Positions 1 through 12,570 of a stretch of 64,000 nucleotides of DNA are shown here, piece after piece (the stretch's first letter is position 1; every line of letters starts with the position of its first letter). The notes beneath the pieces were generated by a model. The model saw only the letters and a program-made list of their open reading frames with translations, did not search any database and was not told where the DNA came from. Both the position numbers and the translations under genes were made by a program. Source of the stretch: Mobula hypostoma (Eukaryota); the NCBI RefSeq assembly GCF_963921235.1, contig NC_086109.1, positions 19,718,001-19,782,000 of the forward strand, given 5' to 3'.

Positions 1-850
1 GCCAGGAATGCAGCAGCTGAGAGACTGGACTTCAATTTTCTTTGCTCTTGCACGTCTCACACTATCCAGATGATCAATTGGACTTGAATTGGTTAGCACA
101 TTATCAGGAGGTAATTTGAGATCCGGCAGCTAATTAGAAGTTGATGACAACTGCAGAGGAGACTTGCTAAGAAAAATGGTCATATAGCCCATTCAGTCGG
201 CTAAATATTACAACTAGACCTGAGTGGTTCAAGGGCATAGTTTATGCCCTTATTTAAATGTCTTTTTTAAGCGCTGACAAGGCCAGAATCTCTAAAACCC
301 CTGAGGAGGAAGTGGTGAGTTACCTTCTTGAACTTCTGTGGTCTTTCTTGAGGTGTTCCTTCAGGGCTGTTGGGGGTAAGATCCTAGAATTTTATCTCAG
401 GAACTCTGAACGGACATCAATACATTCCATAAAGCTGATGCACAGCTTGAAGGGCCCCTGCAGCCTTGGTTCAGCTTGGTGGTAGATGATTCAGAATTGG
501 AGGTTGGTGTCAGAGCAGCCTGCAGCCTGGGTGAGTGATTGCCGAGTGTTTTGTAGATGGTACACACTACAGCCACTTTGCATGAGTAAGAAAAGAAATG
601 AATGTTTTGGGTGGTGGATGGGCTATTCTGCTTTGTCCTTGATGGTGCCAAGATTCCCAACAGTGTTAAAGCTCCATTCGTTCAGGTACCTGCAGCAAAT
701 TCCATCTCACTCACTCCTGACTTGGCACTTTGGCCAAAGTATGAACCACTAGAAGAAAGACTCGGTTTTGAGAGGTCCATAATCCAAAGGTCAAAGATGA
801 TCAATTTTCTATTTATATATCCAAAGGTGGATATATAAATTATACCTGTG

Positions 851-2012
851 TACACATTCAGTGCCCACTTTATTAGTTACCTCCTGTACTTAAAGTAGCC
901 ACTGAGGGCATGTTCATGGTCTTCTGCTGCTGTTTTGATGTGCTGTGCGTTCAGAGACGCTCTTCTGCACACAACTGTTGTGAGGTGAGGTCCTCCATCG
1001 GTCAGAGTTGACCGTGGATATTGCGTCCTAGCTGTTCAGATACACAAGCCTGGTCAGTATGATATGGAGAGCAAGCTGCTACCCATGTAATAAGCTCCCC
1101 CTCTCCACGCATCTGATGAACCCAAAGGAACTGCAGACACCGATGCAGTTTGGTACCAGCAGCGTTGCAGGAGTTGCCAGTCAGCATTGAACTCAACTTA
1201 GGACTGCCTTAGGGACCCCAGCTCCGGATTTTTCCCTTGGGATTTACTCCTGAAGCCTTCCCCATGAGTGGATGTAGCCACAAGGCAGCAGATGTTTGAG
1301 ATCAGTTTTCCTTCTCCTAGATGAACTGCCAACCATGGCTGTCGAGCCCCACCTTACCAAAGCGACAGGTCTTATGGCACCGGTAACCCACCTTTGCCCC
1401 TTCTCCAGTCAGTAGAAATGGTTCTGCCAGGCTTAGTAGCGAAGCCACACAAGAAAGCCAGGAGCTGGGCTTGATTGTCAGAGGCTATTTGAGGCATACG
1501 CCATTGGGAGCATTTAATAGTGGTGGCAGTTTGTCCCCATTACCACCCCCCCCCCGGCTATAACAACCTTAAGAAACCACAACTGTTGTAACATGTGGTT
1601 ATTTGAGTTACAAGTGCCTTCTTGTCAGCTCGAACCAGCCTGACCAAGCTCCTCTGACCTCTCTCATTAACAAGGCACTTTCACTCACAGAAATGCCTCT
1701 CACTGGATGTTTTTATTTTTTGTTTTTCATACCTGTCAACTCTGGAGAATGTTGTGAGTGAAGATCCCAGGAGACCAGCAATTTCTGAGATAATCAAACC
1801 ACCCCATATGGCATCAACAATCATTCCACGGTCAAAGTCACTTAGATCACATTTCTTCCCCATTCTGATGTTTGGTCTGAACAGCAACTGAACCTCTTGA
1901 CCATGTCCAGATGCTTTTATGCATTGAGTTACTGACACATGATTGGCTGAGTAGATATTTGCATTAATGAACAGGAGTACAGGTGTACCTCATAAAGTGG
2001 CCATTGAGTGTG
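851..2012 (-). mobile_element. Internally deleted Tc1/mariner element (interrupted by a retroposon at 982-1577)
   Basis: Imperfect terminal inverted repeats (cagtgcccactttattag / cataaagtggccattgagtg). The minus-strand ORF 1681-1938 has a Tc1-like transposase N-terminus MGKKCDLSDFDRGMIV...ISEIAGLLG. Confidence 0.85.
982..1577 (-). mobile_element. Non-autonomous RTE-like retroposon
   Basis: 12-bp TSD cacaactgttgt (970-981 / 1578-1589). Contains the RTE 5'UTR-like motif CTAGGAGAAGGAAAACTGA. Body is related to 62376-62765. Confidence 0.7.
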
Positions 2013-3435
2013 ATAATACATACTGTACATTTTGCTCTGTAATTTATAACTAATTTGATATATTTTAAGTATTTTACTGTACAGCTGCCACAAAACAACA
2101 AATTTCATGACCAATGCCAGTAATAATAAACCTGATTCTGATTCAGAATTTAATACTTAAATCCAGGTATGTTTGTGACATGGATGTCACTTGCCACTTA
2201 TCAGCCAATATCTAAGTATTGTCTAGTCATGTTGAATACAAGTACCTCTCTTGACTTGTTCAGCACCACATCAGACATGCTATCAGTGTAATCTATAAGC
2301 ACTTGGCAAAGCAGTCTAACTTGGACAAGTAAAAACCTGGTTATACCTCTTCCATTTCCAACAAAATCTTTCAAGAATAGCTCTGGAGGTCTGAGATCAA
2401 TAAAGGAAGAAAAGAATACATCTTTATCTTTTGAGGTGAAGGACAAATAATTTTAGTTTTTTTTTCATCCTCTAGTCTGGCTCTGAGTGACCTTTTGGGG
2501 CCCAGGTCTAGTATTGTGCAGGTCTTTCATTAGCAATTTCAGTGGGGTACAATGATCTGCAAGATGTTTTGAATTTCCAACATATCCTCAACCTCCATCC
2601 TAGATTTGCCTCTTGTTACAGATAGGCAGATGTTCATGAACTTGTGGAACAACCAGGTAAAGTTGACACTGTGAAGGATGGTTGGGTTTTGGGGTTTTCC
2701 ATAGAGGAAATATGGCCCACTTTAGGGAAAGAGGGAAATTTTGTCACTGTGCAATGAAAGCATGAACAGATAATTATTTAAGAATGAATACATCGTACTC
2801 TTCTTCTGAGTAGCCTGCTGTGATGGCTTTAGAGTTCAATGGACAGATTTCAGGATGAGTTATCTACAGAGATCCTGCACTTTGTCCTCTTTCATGCATG
2901 TATTGTTTTATGATGTCCACAATGCAAAAGACACCTTGTGTATTGAGCCTATGCTGTTCCTATGATCTTCTATCCAACAGAACCCCCACTCACACTCCAC
3001 CCAAAAAAAGCCCCATTCACAGCTTTAGCATCCCTACTGCTGACTGATCTCTCTCTATGACTTCTGATCCTCGACTGTCCTATAGGAGGATATAGCTCTC
3101 CTCTATTTATCATATCAAACTCACTTCAACTATTAGATCAATGTTTGTTCATCTATGCTTAAGAGAACTTAGAGTTTGTCTATGAAACCTTGTATTATCA
3201 TTTAACCTTTAAGCTGTGTAGGTATGCTAGCCAAATTGGGCACCAATGTACTACTCATAGTGTAACTAATCACCACTAGTACATGTGATTAATATTGATG
3301 CAAATTAAGACATTAATTTACATATCTGGAAGAGCTAATAACGAAAAGAGTTTGAATAGACAAGTGTTGGACACCAGGGATAATATCCCTGCTGTTTTTC
3401 ATAATACTACCAAAATGGTTACTCCCACCTTAGAT

Positions 3436-3870
3436 AAGCTTCTATAGATGCACAGTGGAGAGAATCCTAACTAGTTGCATCACAGTCTGGTATGGAAACA
3501 CTAACGCCCAGGAACTGAAAAGGCTACAGAAAGTGATATATATAATCCAGTCCATTACATGCAAAGCCTTCCCCACTATTGGGTACAGTATGTGGACCAC
3601 TGCCACAAAAAAAGCCAATAACCATCAGCAAACATCACCACCCCACCATCCAAGCCTTGCCCTCTTCCTACCATCAGGCAGGAGGTACAGAAACATTAAG
3701 TCGCTCACCACCAGGTTCAGGAACAGTTATCACCCTTCAATCAACCAGTGTGAATAATTTCATTTTCCACTTTTCTGAACTGGTTCTACAAACTGAAGAG
3801 GCCTTTAAAGGGCTCTTTATAACTCCTATTCTCAGTGTTTTTTATTTGCAGTTTGTCTTCATCTACTGCA
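3436..3870 (+). mobile_element. Rex1/Babar LINE 3' fragment
   Basis: ERILTSCITVWYGN...LPSGRRYR...TTRFRNSY is the typical Rex1 ORF C-terminus. Confidence 0.8.
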
Positions 3871-4759
3871 CAGTGCTTTCACTGCTACCCATTAAGAATC
3901 AATGTAAAAATTTCTACTCAAACCTTTGGAGAGGAACTTGAATCAACAACAATGTGATGCAAAAATAACTGTGCTACTTAATTATACAGCTATCATACAT
4001 GAAGGAGCTATATACATCACAGTGGTTTCACTGGGATAAGGAGTGAAAGGCTGGAGGAAAAATATAACCTTAACCTTCTCCTTCCAAAGCTCCTACCCCA
4101 TTATAGCCTGTACTTCAGGCATTTAATCTAAGGAAGTGTTCTATTTAAACAGTTCATAAGACCCAGAGGTATTTATGAAAACTACAAAAAAAAAGTGTCA
4201 GTTGTCAGTTTTTACAATTCAACCCTGAATTTAAACATCCTTCAGAACCAAGCTATCAGGGGAGTATGGCATCCACACCATCTTTGATTGATTCGTTTAA
4301 TGACTGTTTATAATCTGCTCAGTAACTCTCTCTCTTAATTTAATTCTTTTTTCTCTTTAATGTCCTCCCTGCCTTTCTATCATTGCAAGCACCTGACATA
4401 ATCTCAGACACTCTGACCCTCTATCACTCTCTCTCTCGTTCTAATCTCCCCTTGCAAAATTTCCTCTTTCTACCTCTCCATAATCCACTCCCTATGTCGC
4501 TCTCTTTTTTAACCTATTTGCTCTCTTTGTGTTTCCGTCTTCCTCTCTGCATAATTTGAAGATTATCCAACTCTTTTTCTGTCTGATAGTCTGGCATTCT
4601 ACTTTTCTATCTATACTATCAATCTCACTTTCTCTACAATCTACCTGTCTTCTTCGTTCACATTACCACACACCTTACCTTTCGCACTCTGTTGGCTTAA
4701 CAGGAAAGGGTTTGGTGCGGTTTCTACCTCATTTCCAGTGATAATATGTATTCATTTTT

Positions 4760-5183
4760 TAACTGCCTGTTATGCCACTGGTGTTTAGGGTAGCAATGAA
4801 GGTCCTCCATCTCGGGTGGTGTTCAGGGCTTCCTTCATCATGTCAGTAGCTTCCTCTCGGTTTCCACTACCATCAGAATGCAAGTCCTGGGAGGAGACCC
4901 TGGAAAACCATCACGCTCAGATGCAGAAAAAGTCTTCATTGCTGTTTCCATTGCAATTTTGTTTTACCAGTCAGGATTGTTAGCCCTGGGCTGAATCTAC
5001 AAACTTGGAGGACCAGTGGACCACCCTTAGTCTGCCTCTAGTCTTTGACCTGTTTGGCTTGGGTGACCTTACCATGGGTGACCATACCAAGACCCTGTCT
5101 TGACTCCAGCCAACATAGCTCTCTGGGTCATTGAGGTACACAAGCCTCCAAACCCAATGACAAGTTTGTGGTCTTCTTGGAGG
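4760..5183 (-). mobile_element. Non-autonomous RTE-like interspersed repeat
   Basis: Shares blocks (ggtgtttagggtagcaatgaagg; ttttaccagtcagg.ttgttagccct) with the partial copy at 6350-6520. Confidence 0.5.
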
Positions 5184-6159
5184 GATGATAACGTGTGAAC
5201 AATACTAATTGAGGCACAGAGAATCCACAAATGTCCAGCAAGGGAGTTGACAAATAGTATTTTGATGCAGAAATGATTGAGTCTGAGGTTAACCCACACC
5301 ATTCAAACAGTGCACAGTGAGTTTGAGTGGTACATCAAAGCTGCTTTAAAATTGAAATGCAATTGCTTATTGCCTGTGTGAAGTCAGCTGTACTCTGCAT
5401 CATTCATGTTCAATTTGACCTACAAGTCCTCAATGAAGCAGTGTAAAAGAGATTTTCTCACCAAGACAGACTGTGATTTGTCACAATGTTTGCTTCAGAT
5501 GACCAAATTGAAGAAATAGAAAGCATTCCATCAACCAGTAATACCTTCTGGGACAACATACAGCTCTTGGTCCAACAGATCTCTGTAAACATTACCTGCA
5601 ATGTTTTAGTGAACATTAAAATGCAATCACAAATAAATGCGGAATTACTATTCATGAAATGCATGGAGGTCCTGGCAACAGGACCTCATTTGTGTTTTTA
5701 AGACACTTAATTCTGAATAAATGGCTGATTTTAGCATAAAGAGGATCTGGAATCTATTCATCTCTGATGAGGCAGCAGATTATTTAGAGGCAGGATTTAT
5801 GAATAACATTGGGTTTACCCCTGACACTTAAGGGTAAAAAATGGTTTGTGATGCAATCAGGGTAGTTGTATAGATCAAGATCACACATAAAATTTGGCAC
5901 TCTCATTATCAAAAGCAAAGAGTTGAAGAATTCTGTCCATTGAGCAGTGCCTCAAAGTCTAGGCAACAAATCAGATTTGTTTTTCAGCGTCTATGTTAGA
6001 CTCACATTAACTGCTGTCACATTCCTAAAAGCCAGATGATGTAAAATGTACAGAACTAGCAATCAATATCAGAAGTCTGAAAGACAGGTTCAGTGTCACA
6101 AAATGCCCCTTTCTCTGTAGCTGTTTCTCTTTATTCTACATTGTTATTGTTTTACCTTG

Positions 6160-6237
6160 CTCTTCCCAACCTTTTTTATGCCGTGGACCCTTACTATTAA
6201 CCGAGAGGTCCGTGGATCCTAGGTTGGAAACCCCTGC
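6160..6237. mobile_element. Tiny hAT-type MITE
   Basis: Inverted ends ttcccaacct...aggttggaaacccctg, with internal ggaccc/ggtcc symmetry. Confidence 0.6.
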
Positions 6238-6541
6238 TGTCAATGCATTGTGAATGATATCATCTGTATGAACATAGAACGTAGTATACAAGACAAGGTT
6301 TTCGCTGTATGCTGGTACAGATGACAATAATATACAATTACATAGTCCAAACTTACTGCCCTTTTCACTGCTGGTGTTTAAGGCAGTAATGAAGTTCCTG
6401 CATCTCTGTCTGTCCATTCAGTCGCACACAGATATAGACGGATTCTTTTTTGCCGTGTATGTAGCAATTTTGTTTTATTAGTCAGGGTTGTTAGCCCCTG
6501 AGCTGAACCCCCGACCCTGGCGGAACATAGACAGAAGAAAG

Positions 6542-6794
6542 GAAAGATACGTCGCATCCGGAGTTTCTCCGGTTAGCGATTTCCCTCCACGTCTCTCTGA
6601 CGTAGTGGGGAACCGCGTATGAGGCAAGTTACAGCAGTGGTTTGCCATTGCCTTCTGCCGGGTGAGTTTCCAAAGAGATCACCAGCTCGTAACTCAGCAC
6701 GGATGGAAAGCATGCAGGGGAGCCGGCTGGATTCGAACTCGGGACCTTTCGTCCCGAAGTCCGGCACTGATGCCACTACGCCACCAGCCGGGTC
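6542..6794 (-). mobile_element. Young tRNA-headed SINE with RTE-type body/tail
   Basis: The minus strand shows A-box TGGCGTAGTGG and B-box GAGTTCGAATCC, then the Bov-A/RTE-like motif GAAGGCAATGGCAAACCAC. 13-bp TSD agacagaagaaag (6529-6541 / 6795-6807). CpG-rich. Confidence 0.85.
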
Positions 6795-7222
6795 AGACAG
6801 AAGAAAGTTATTTAATATATCAGGCCTCATAATAATAATAATCTGTATGCTGATCCACTCCCCTAAAGTCCAACGTTGTAGAGATATAGAGCATGGAAAC
6901 ATGTCTTTTGGCCCATTATGTTCATGCCAACCTTTTGCCCCATCTACACTAATCCCATTTGCCTGTATCAGGACCATATCCTTCTCTATACCTTGCCAAC
7001 TGAGGGTCTACTTCAATGTTTCTTAAATGTGGTAATTATATTTGATTCCGACACCTCCCCCGCAGTGCACTCTCAACCGCTTTCTGAGAGGAGTTCTTTC
7101 TCTTTGTTCTTTTTTCCATTATTTGGAAAATCTCACCTTGTTTCCATATTTTTCTTGCTCTGTCAAAATCCATGTCTGCTGGTTAATGCCCTGCTCACTC
7201 AAATCGGTCCACGGATGATGCC

Positions 7223-7810
7223 ATAGACCCTGCACTTCACTCAGGGCTGTCCCACTTGGAAAAGTGTGCCTCATATGCCAGGATACCACTCCAGCTCAAC
7301 ACTTAGTACAATCATCCCTCAGCAGCTGGTAGGTAAACTGTCCTCACTGGGTCTCAGCACCCCTCTCTGTAACTTGATCCTGGACCTCTTGACAGAAATT
7401 GCCACAGTCAGTCTGTGTTGGCAAAATCATCTTTAGCTCTATCACACTGAGCACCAGTTCTCCTCAGGGCTGCCTGCTTAGCCTACTGCTGTTCACACTG
7501 CTGACAAGTGATTGCGTTGCTAGGTCCAGTTCAAATTGAGTCAGCAAGTTCGCTGATGACAGAACAATCAGCAATGAGGGTGAGACAGCATAGAGAGATG
7601 AGGAAGAGCAGCTGTCAGAATAGTGCAATAACAACAACTTAAATATCAATGTGGACAAGACCAGAGAGGTGACTGGGGACTTTAGGAAGGTGGAGGCTGA
7701 CCACTCCTCACGAAACATACACTGTTCCTCTGTGGAGGGAGTTAGGAACACCAAGTTTCTGAGAGTGCTCATAACAGACAATTTCATTTGGTCCCTCAAC
7801 ATGACCTCGA
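7223..7810 (+). mobile_element. Rex1/Babar LINE RT fragment (decayed)
   Basis: PQG...SKFADD and NNNLNINVDKTREVTGDFRK motifs, interrupted by stops and frameshifts. Confidence 0.8.
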
Positions 7811-8176
7811 TAGGTAGGGATAAAGTCAAAAAGCTATCGTTGGAAAATGTTACAGCAGAGAAGACTAAAGTATTTAAAATTATGAACAAAGAGAATGAAT
7901 AAACTGTTTCCATTTTCTGGAGAGATGATAGTTAGAAGATAGAATTAAGACAAATGGCAAAACCACCAAATTATATTCTTTTGCATGCAAATTGCAAGGG
8001 CTTGAGTGCCTAATAAGTTGGTGTATACAGGTTCAAATTTATCTTTCAAAGAATTAATTGGGCAAAGACTTGGAGGACAAACAAATTGTAAAGATAATGG
8101 AAAGAATAGGTGGGTCAGACTAACTGGAGTTCACTCCAAGGTGCTGCCAAAAACTCAACAAGCTGAATAATTTGTT

Positions 8177-8511
8177 ATAGACATAGAACAGTACAGTACA
8201 TTACAGGCCCCTCGGCCCACAATGTTGTGCCGCCCCTCAAACCCTGCCTCCCATATAATCCCCCACCTTAGATTCCTCCATATACCTGTCTAGTAGTCTC
8301 TTAAACTTCACGAGTGTATCTGCCTCCACCACTGACTCAGGCAGTGCATTCCACGCACCAACCACTCTCTGAGTAAAAAACCTTCCTCTAATATCCTCCT
8401 TGAACTTCCCACCCCTTACCTTAAAGCCATGGCCTCTTGTATTGAGCAGTGGTGCCCTGGGGAAGAGGCGCTGGCTATCCACTCTATCTATTCCTCTTAT
8501 TATCTTGTACA
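8177..8511 (-). mobile_element. CR1 LINE 3' end
   Basis: YKIIRGIDRVDSQRLFP...TRGHGFK...FFTQRVVGAWNALP plus 3' tail. Very similar to 30115-30450. Confidence 0.9.
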
Positions 8512-9149
8512 CCACTATCATATTACCCAATACTTCACAGATTCCGATTCATTTATTTATTACATGTATATCGAAATATATAGAAAAGTTGGGTTGTTTG
8601 CATTAACAAAATTCGAGAAGGAGTTCGAGAAGGGAGGGTTTGTTTCTGGGCTGTGCTTCATCCACAGCTCTCTTGTGGTCTCAGGCAGAGCAGTTTCTGT
8701 ACCAAGCGATGATATTTTGGCCGCTGCACTGCTGTGAGTGACTGAAGTTAATTCTTTCATACAATTAAATGTAACTGTTTTCCTATGCAGTATTAAAAGT
8801 GTGCTTCAGTCTTTTGGATGAAGCATAAAACTCCCAGGTGGATATAATTGAACCAATTTGGCATAACGTTATTGGAATAGCAACACACACTGCACAAAAT
8901 GGCATTAGATTACCTGAATATTATTATACACTGCACAAAATTTGACTGCTGCATTTCCTTTGTTATGAAAATTTGGTCAGAAAACTTTGCTTGTTTGGGT
9001 GATTAGGCATTTGGCAAGAGGCAATAAAAAGAAGTGAGATTTAAGTGGAGCGGCCACTGTTTGAGTGGGCTGGGGTTAGAATGAGCAGCTGAGGCATTAG
9101 CTCAAGAGGCCTCAGTGAGAAGAATCAGAGGCTCAGTTGTATTTTATTT

Positions 9150-9420
9150 TATTTTATTTAGAGATACACCACAGAACGCACTCTTCCAGTCCAATGAGCT
9201 GCACTGCCCAGCTCTATTTAACCATTGGCTAGTCACAAGACAGTTTACAATGACCAATTAACCTACTAACCGGTACGTCTTGGGACTGTGAGAGGAAACC
9301 CATGAATTCACAGGGAGAACGTACAAACTGCCTACTGATGGCACTGGAATTGAACTCCAAACTCCAATGTCCCACGCTGTAATAGCATCTTGCTAATGGC
9401 TATGCTTCCGTGGCAAATTT
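9150..9420 (-). mobile_element. V-SINE/HE1-like SINE
   Basis: Reverse complement of the central domain (gtttgtacgttctccc...gggtttcctc...ggttaattggtcattgtaaa). Confidence 0.7.
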
Positions 9421-9429
9421 GTAATGTTT

Positions 9430-10260
9430 ATTGTGTGCAGTTCTGGTCAACTATCTACAGGAAAGATATCAATAAGACTGAAAGAGTACAGAGAAAACTT
9501 ACAAAGATGTTGCCAGGGCTTGAGGATTTGAGTTATAAGGAAATGGTGAATGGGCTCGGACTTTATTCACCAGAGCAAAGGAGACTGAGGACAGACTTGA
9601 TAGAGGTATACAAAATTATGAGGGGAATAGGTAGCGTACATGCAAGCAGGCTTTTTCCGCTGAAGTTGGACGAGACTAGAACTAAAGTTGATAGGTTAAG
9701 GATGAAAACTGAAATGTTTAAGGAGAACTTTCTTCACTCAGAGTGAGTGTGGAACAAGCTGACTGTGGAAGTGATGGACGTGCGTTCAATTACGACATAT
9801 CAGAGAAGTATGGATGGGAGGGTATAAAGGGTTATGGTCCAGGTGCGAGTCGATAGGACTAGACAGATTAATGGTTCAGCATGGACTAGAGGCAAAGGCA
9901 GAAAAAAACCAGAGGACCTGGGTTAAGGGTGAGGGGGGGAAAGTTTAAAGGGAACATTAGGGGGGGCTTCTTCACACAGAGAGTGGTGGGAGTATGGAAT
10001 GAGCTGCCAGACAAGGTGGTAAATGCGGGTTCTTTTTTAACATTTAAGAATAAATTGGACAGATACATGGATGGGAGGTGTATGGAGGGATATGGTCCGT
10101 GTGCAGGTCAGTGGGACTAGGCAGAAAATGGTTCGGCACAGCCAAGAAGGGCCAAAAGGCCTGTTTCTGTGCTGTAGTTTCTATGGTTCTATGGTTCTAT
10201 GGTTCTATGGTTCTAGATGGACTGAAGGGCCTGTTTTTATGATGCAGTGTTTTATGACTC
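9430..10260 (+). mobile_element. Two nested CR1 3' fragments
   Basis: YCVQFWS...ERVQRK.TKMLPGL. A second CR1 3' end (~9891-10215) with a (ttctatgg)n tail is inserted into the tail of the first. Confidence 0.85.
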
Positions 10261-11302
10261 TAACCAAAGCACCATATACAAGTTTGCTGACAGCACCACT
10301 GTTGTGGGCTATAGCAAAGGGGGTGATGAATCAGCATACACGAGGGAGATTGAAAATTTATTTGAGTGGTGGAACAACAACAACCTTTCACTCAATGTCA
10401 ACAAGACCAAGGAACTGATTGTAGACTTTAGGAGAGGCAACCCAGAGGTCCATGAGCTAGTACTCAGCAGAGGATTGGAGGTGGAGATGGTGAGTAACTT
10501 TAAATTCCTGAGTGTCACTATCTCAGAGGACCTGTCCTGCACTCATCATATCAATGTCATTGCAAAGAAAGCACAAGAGCACCTCTATTTCCGCAGGAGT
10601 CTGCGGAGGTTCACACATCATCGAAAACCTTGGCAAACTTCTATAGATATGTGATAGAAAGTGTGCTGACTGGCTGCAAGGCCTTTGAGTAGAAAATGCT
10701 ACCAAAGGTAGTGGATTCAGCCCAGTACATCACAGGTAAAACCTTCCCAACCATTGAGCACATCGACATGAAATGTCGAAAGTCCTGACGAAGGGTCTCG
10801 GCCTGAAACATCGGCTGTACCTCTTCCTAGAGATGCTGCCTGGCCTGCTGCGTTCACCAGCAACTTCGATGTGTGTTGCTTGAACTTCCAGCATCTGCAG
10901 AATTCCTCGTGTTGACATGAAATGTTGCCATAGCAAAGCAACTTCCATGATTAAAGATACCCTCTACCCAGGCCAGGCTCTTTTCTTGTTGGAGCCATCA
11001 GGTAGAAGGTCCAAGTGGGTTTAAGGACAGTTAATACGCCTCAACCATCAGGCTCGTGAAAAAAAGGGATAACTACACTAATTTAAAGACACTGTTATAT
11101 TGTTATTTCATGCTCATTATTTATTGTTATTTATTTATATCTGCATTTACACATTTTGTTTACTGTTTACAGTTCCTGATGTTGACAGTTTACAACTACT
11201 GTTCAATAGATGTGTGAAGTATGGTCTGCAGAAAAAGAATCTTAAGGTTGAATTTGTTGACATGTGTGTTCTTTGATAATAAATTTTACTTTGAACTTTG
11301 AA
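10261..11302 (+). mobile_element. Rex1/Babar LINE 3' portion (interrupted by a Penelope-derived insert)
   Basis: IYKFADSTTVVG...NNNLSLNVNKTKELIVDFRR, with a 3' tail aataaa...(ctttgaa)n. Confidence 0.85.
10777..10913 (+). mobile_element. 137-bp Penelope terminal-repeat insertion beginning at a hammerhead motif
   Basis: 12-bp TSD gacatgaaatgt (10765-10776 / 10914-10925). Matches the 3' end of the Penelope copy at 36934-37066. Confidence 0.85.
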
Positions 11303-12007
11303 CAATGTAAGGGGATGTTTGGGGCAGTCTGTAAGTATCACCAGACTTTCCAGTGCCAACGTAGCATACCCACAATGTTTAGTAGAACATCAGCAAAGCA
11401 ATAGAAAAACAGCAATGAAACTATAGCAGCAGAACAACAACCTTTCCACCCACTCACACACACAGAGGGGTCTGCAAGTCTAGGGTTGCCACCTCCTGGC
11501 CTGGACTTGCAGATTCACAGATATCGGGCCTCCATCTTCTCAACGCACCAACACAGGGGCTTCGACCAATGAGCCTCAACTTCCAGACTCACCGACTCCA
11601 ATCCTCAACCTTCGGACTTTGACCTTCAATATTGACCCCAGGACTCGACAATCACGTGTCCTTGAACTTGAGCTGACTATGGACGGACAACTTAGGGTGC
11701 AATAGGGAACCTACAGACTTTCTCATGCATGTGCACCCCTTCACGACTGGTTGTAAATGCCAAGGGCGTTACTAAAATCACATCTACGCATGATACTTCT
11801 CCAATTCCACAGTGGTGGCCAATGAACAAGATATAAAGGAGTACGAAACGAGAATGCTAATTGAATCAGACTGAAACATTGGCAGGAACTGCGGGGGAAG
11901 GGGGAGGGTGTATCAACAGAGCAAGGCCATAATATCTTCAGAGAACTATGACTTGCTTCTGAAAACAATATAACAGATTACTTTGCACTTCCTCCAACTC
12001 ATTATCA

Positions 12008-12180
12008 GCTTGTCTCAGTGGTGGTCCTTTCTGCTCCAAGTCAGGAGGTTAAGGGTTCAAACACAGTTCTCAGGAATGAGTGTCTATTCCAAACTGACTC
12101 TCAAGCACAGAACTGAAGCAGTTCTGTCATAACAGGTAACAGTCTCCAGCTGACCGCTAAACCAAGATCCTCTGCAGATC
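12008..12180 (+). mobile_element. Old DeuSINE-like (SacSINE/AmnSINE-type) 5' fragment
   Basis: Degenerate tRNA-like head (ctcagtgg...gggttcaaac) followed by a recalled Deu-type block (ctgactctcaagcacagaactga...ctaaaccaag). Confidence 0.5.
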
Positions 12181-12299
12181 TGAGAGTATTGAGGATCCAA
12201 ATTCAAGAAACAATGTTATTTGCTGTACACAGTTACATGTATTTGGCATTTGCTGTGATGTGTTGGCCCAACATGCAACAAAAAAACAGCATTCAACAA

Positions 12300-12570
12300 T
12301 GGTAGTCAGCGCAGCACCATTATAGCTTGGGGCATCGGAGTTTGGAGTTCAATTCCAGCGCCACCTGAAAGGAGATTGTACATTCTCCCCACCCGTGACC
12401 ATGTGGGTTTCCTCCAGGTGTCCTGGTTTCCTCCCACAGTCCAGCTAGATGGTTAATTGGTCTTTGTAAATTGTGCTGTAATTAGGCTAATTTTAAATAG
12501 TTGGGTTGCTGGGCCAGCGAGGCTTAATGGGCTGGAAGGGCATGTTCTACAACGTATCTCTAAATATGTA
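12300..12570 (+). mobile_element. V-SINE/HE1-like SINE
   Basis: B-box ggagttcaattcc, then the V-domain gtgaccatgtgggtttcctccaggtg...ggttaattgg. Confidence 0.75.

Noticed and set aside
2259..2280. REST/RE1 silencer site (ttcagcacc)
   Set aside because: Only the left half-site is present. The GGACAG right half is missing.
6715..6792. tRNA gene on the minus strand
   Set aside because: It has A/B boxes but continues into an RTE-type body and is enclosed by a TSD, so it is a SINE head, not a tRNA gene.
10178..10215. Short regular repeats suggesting a CRISPR-like or satellite array, also (gactt)n at 59815-59839
   Set aside because: These are microsatellite 3' tails of CR1 and Rex1 LINEs with no spacers, in a eukaryotic context.
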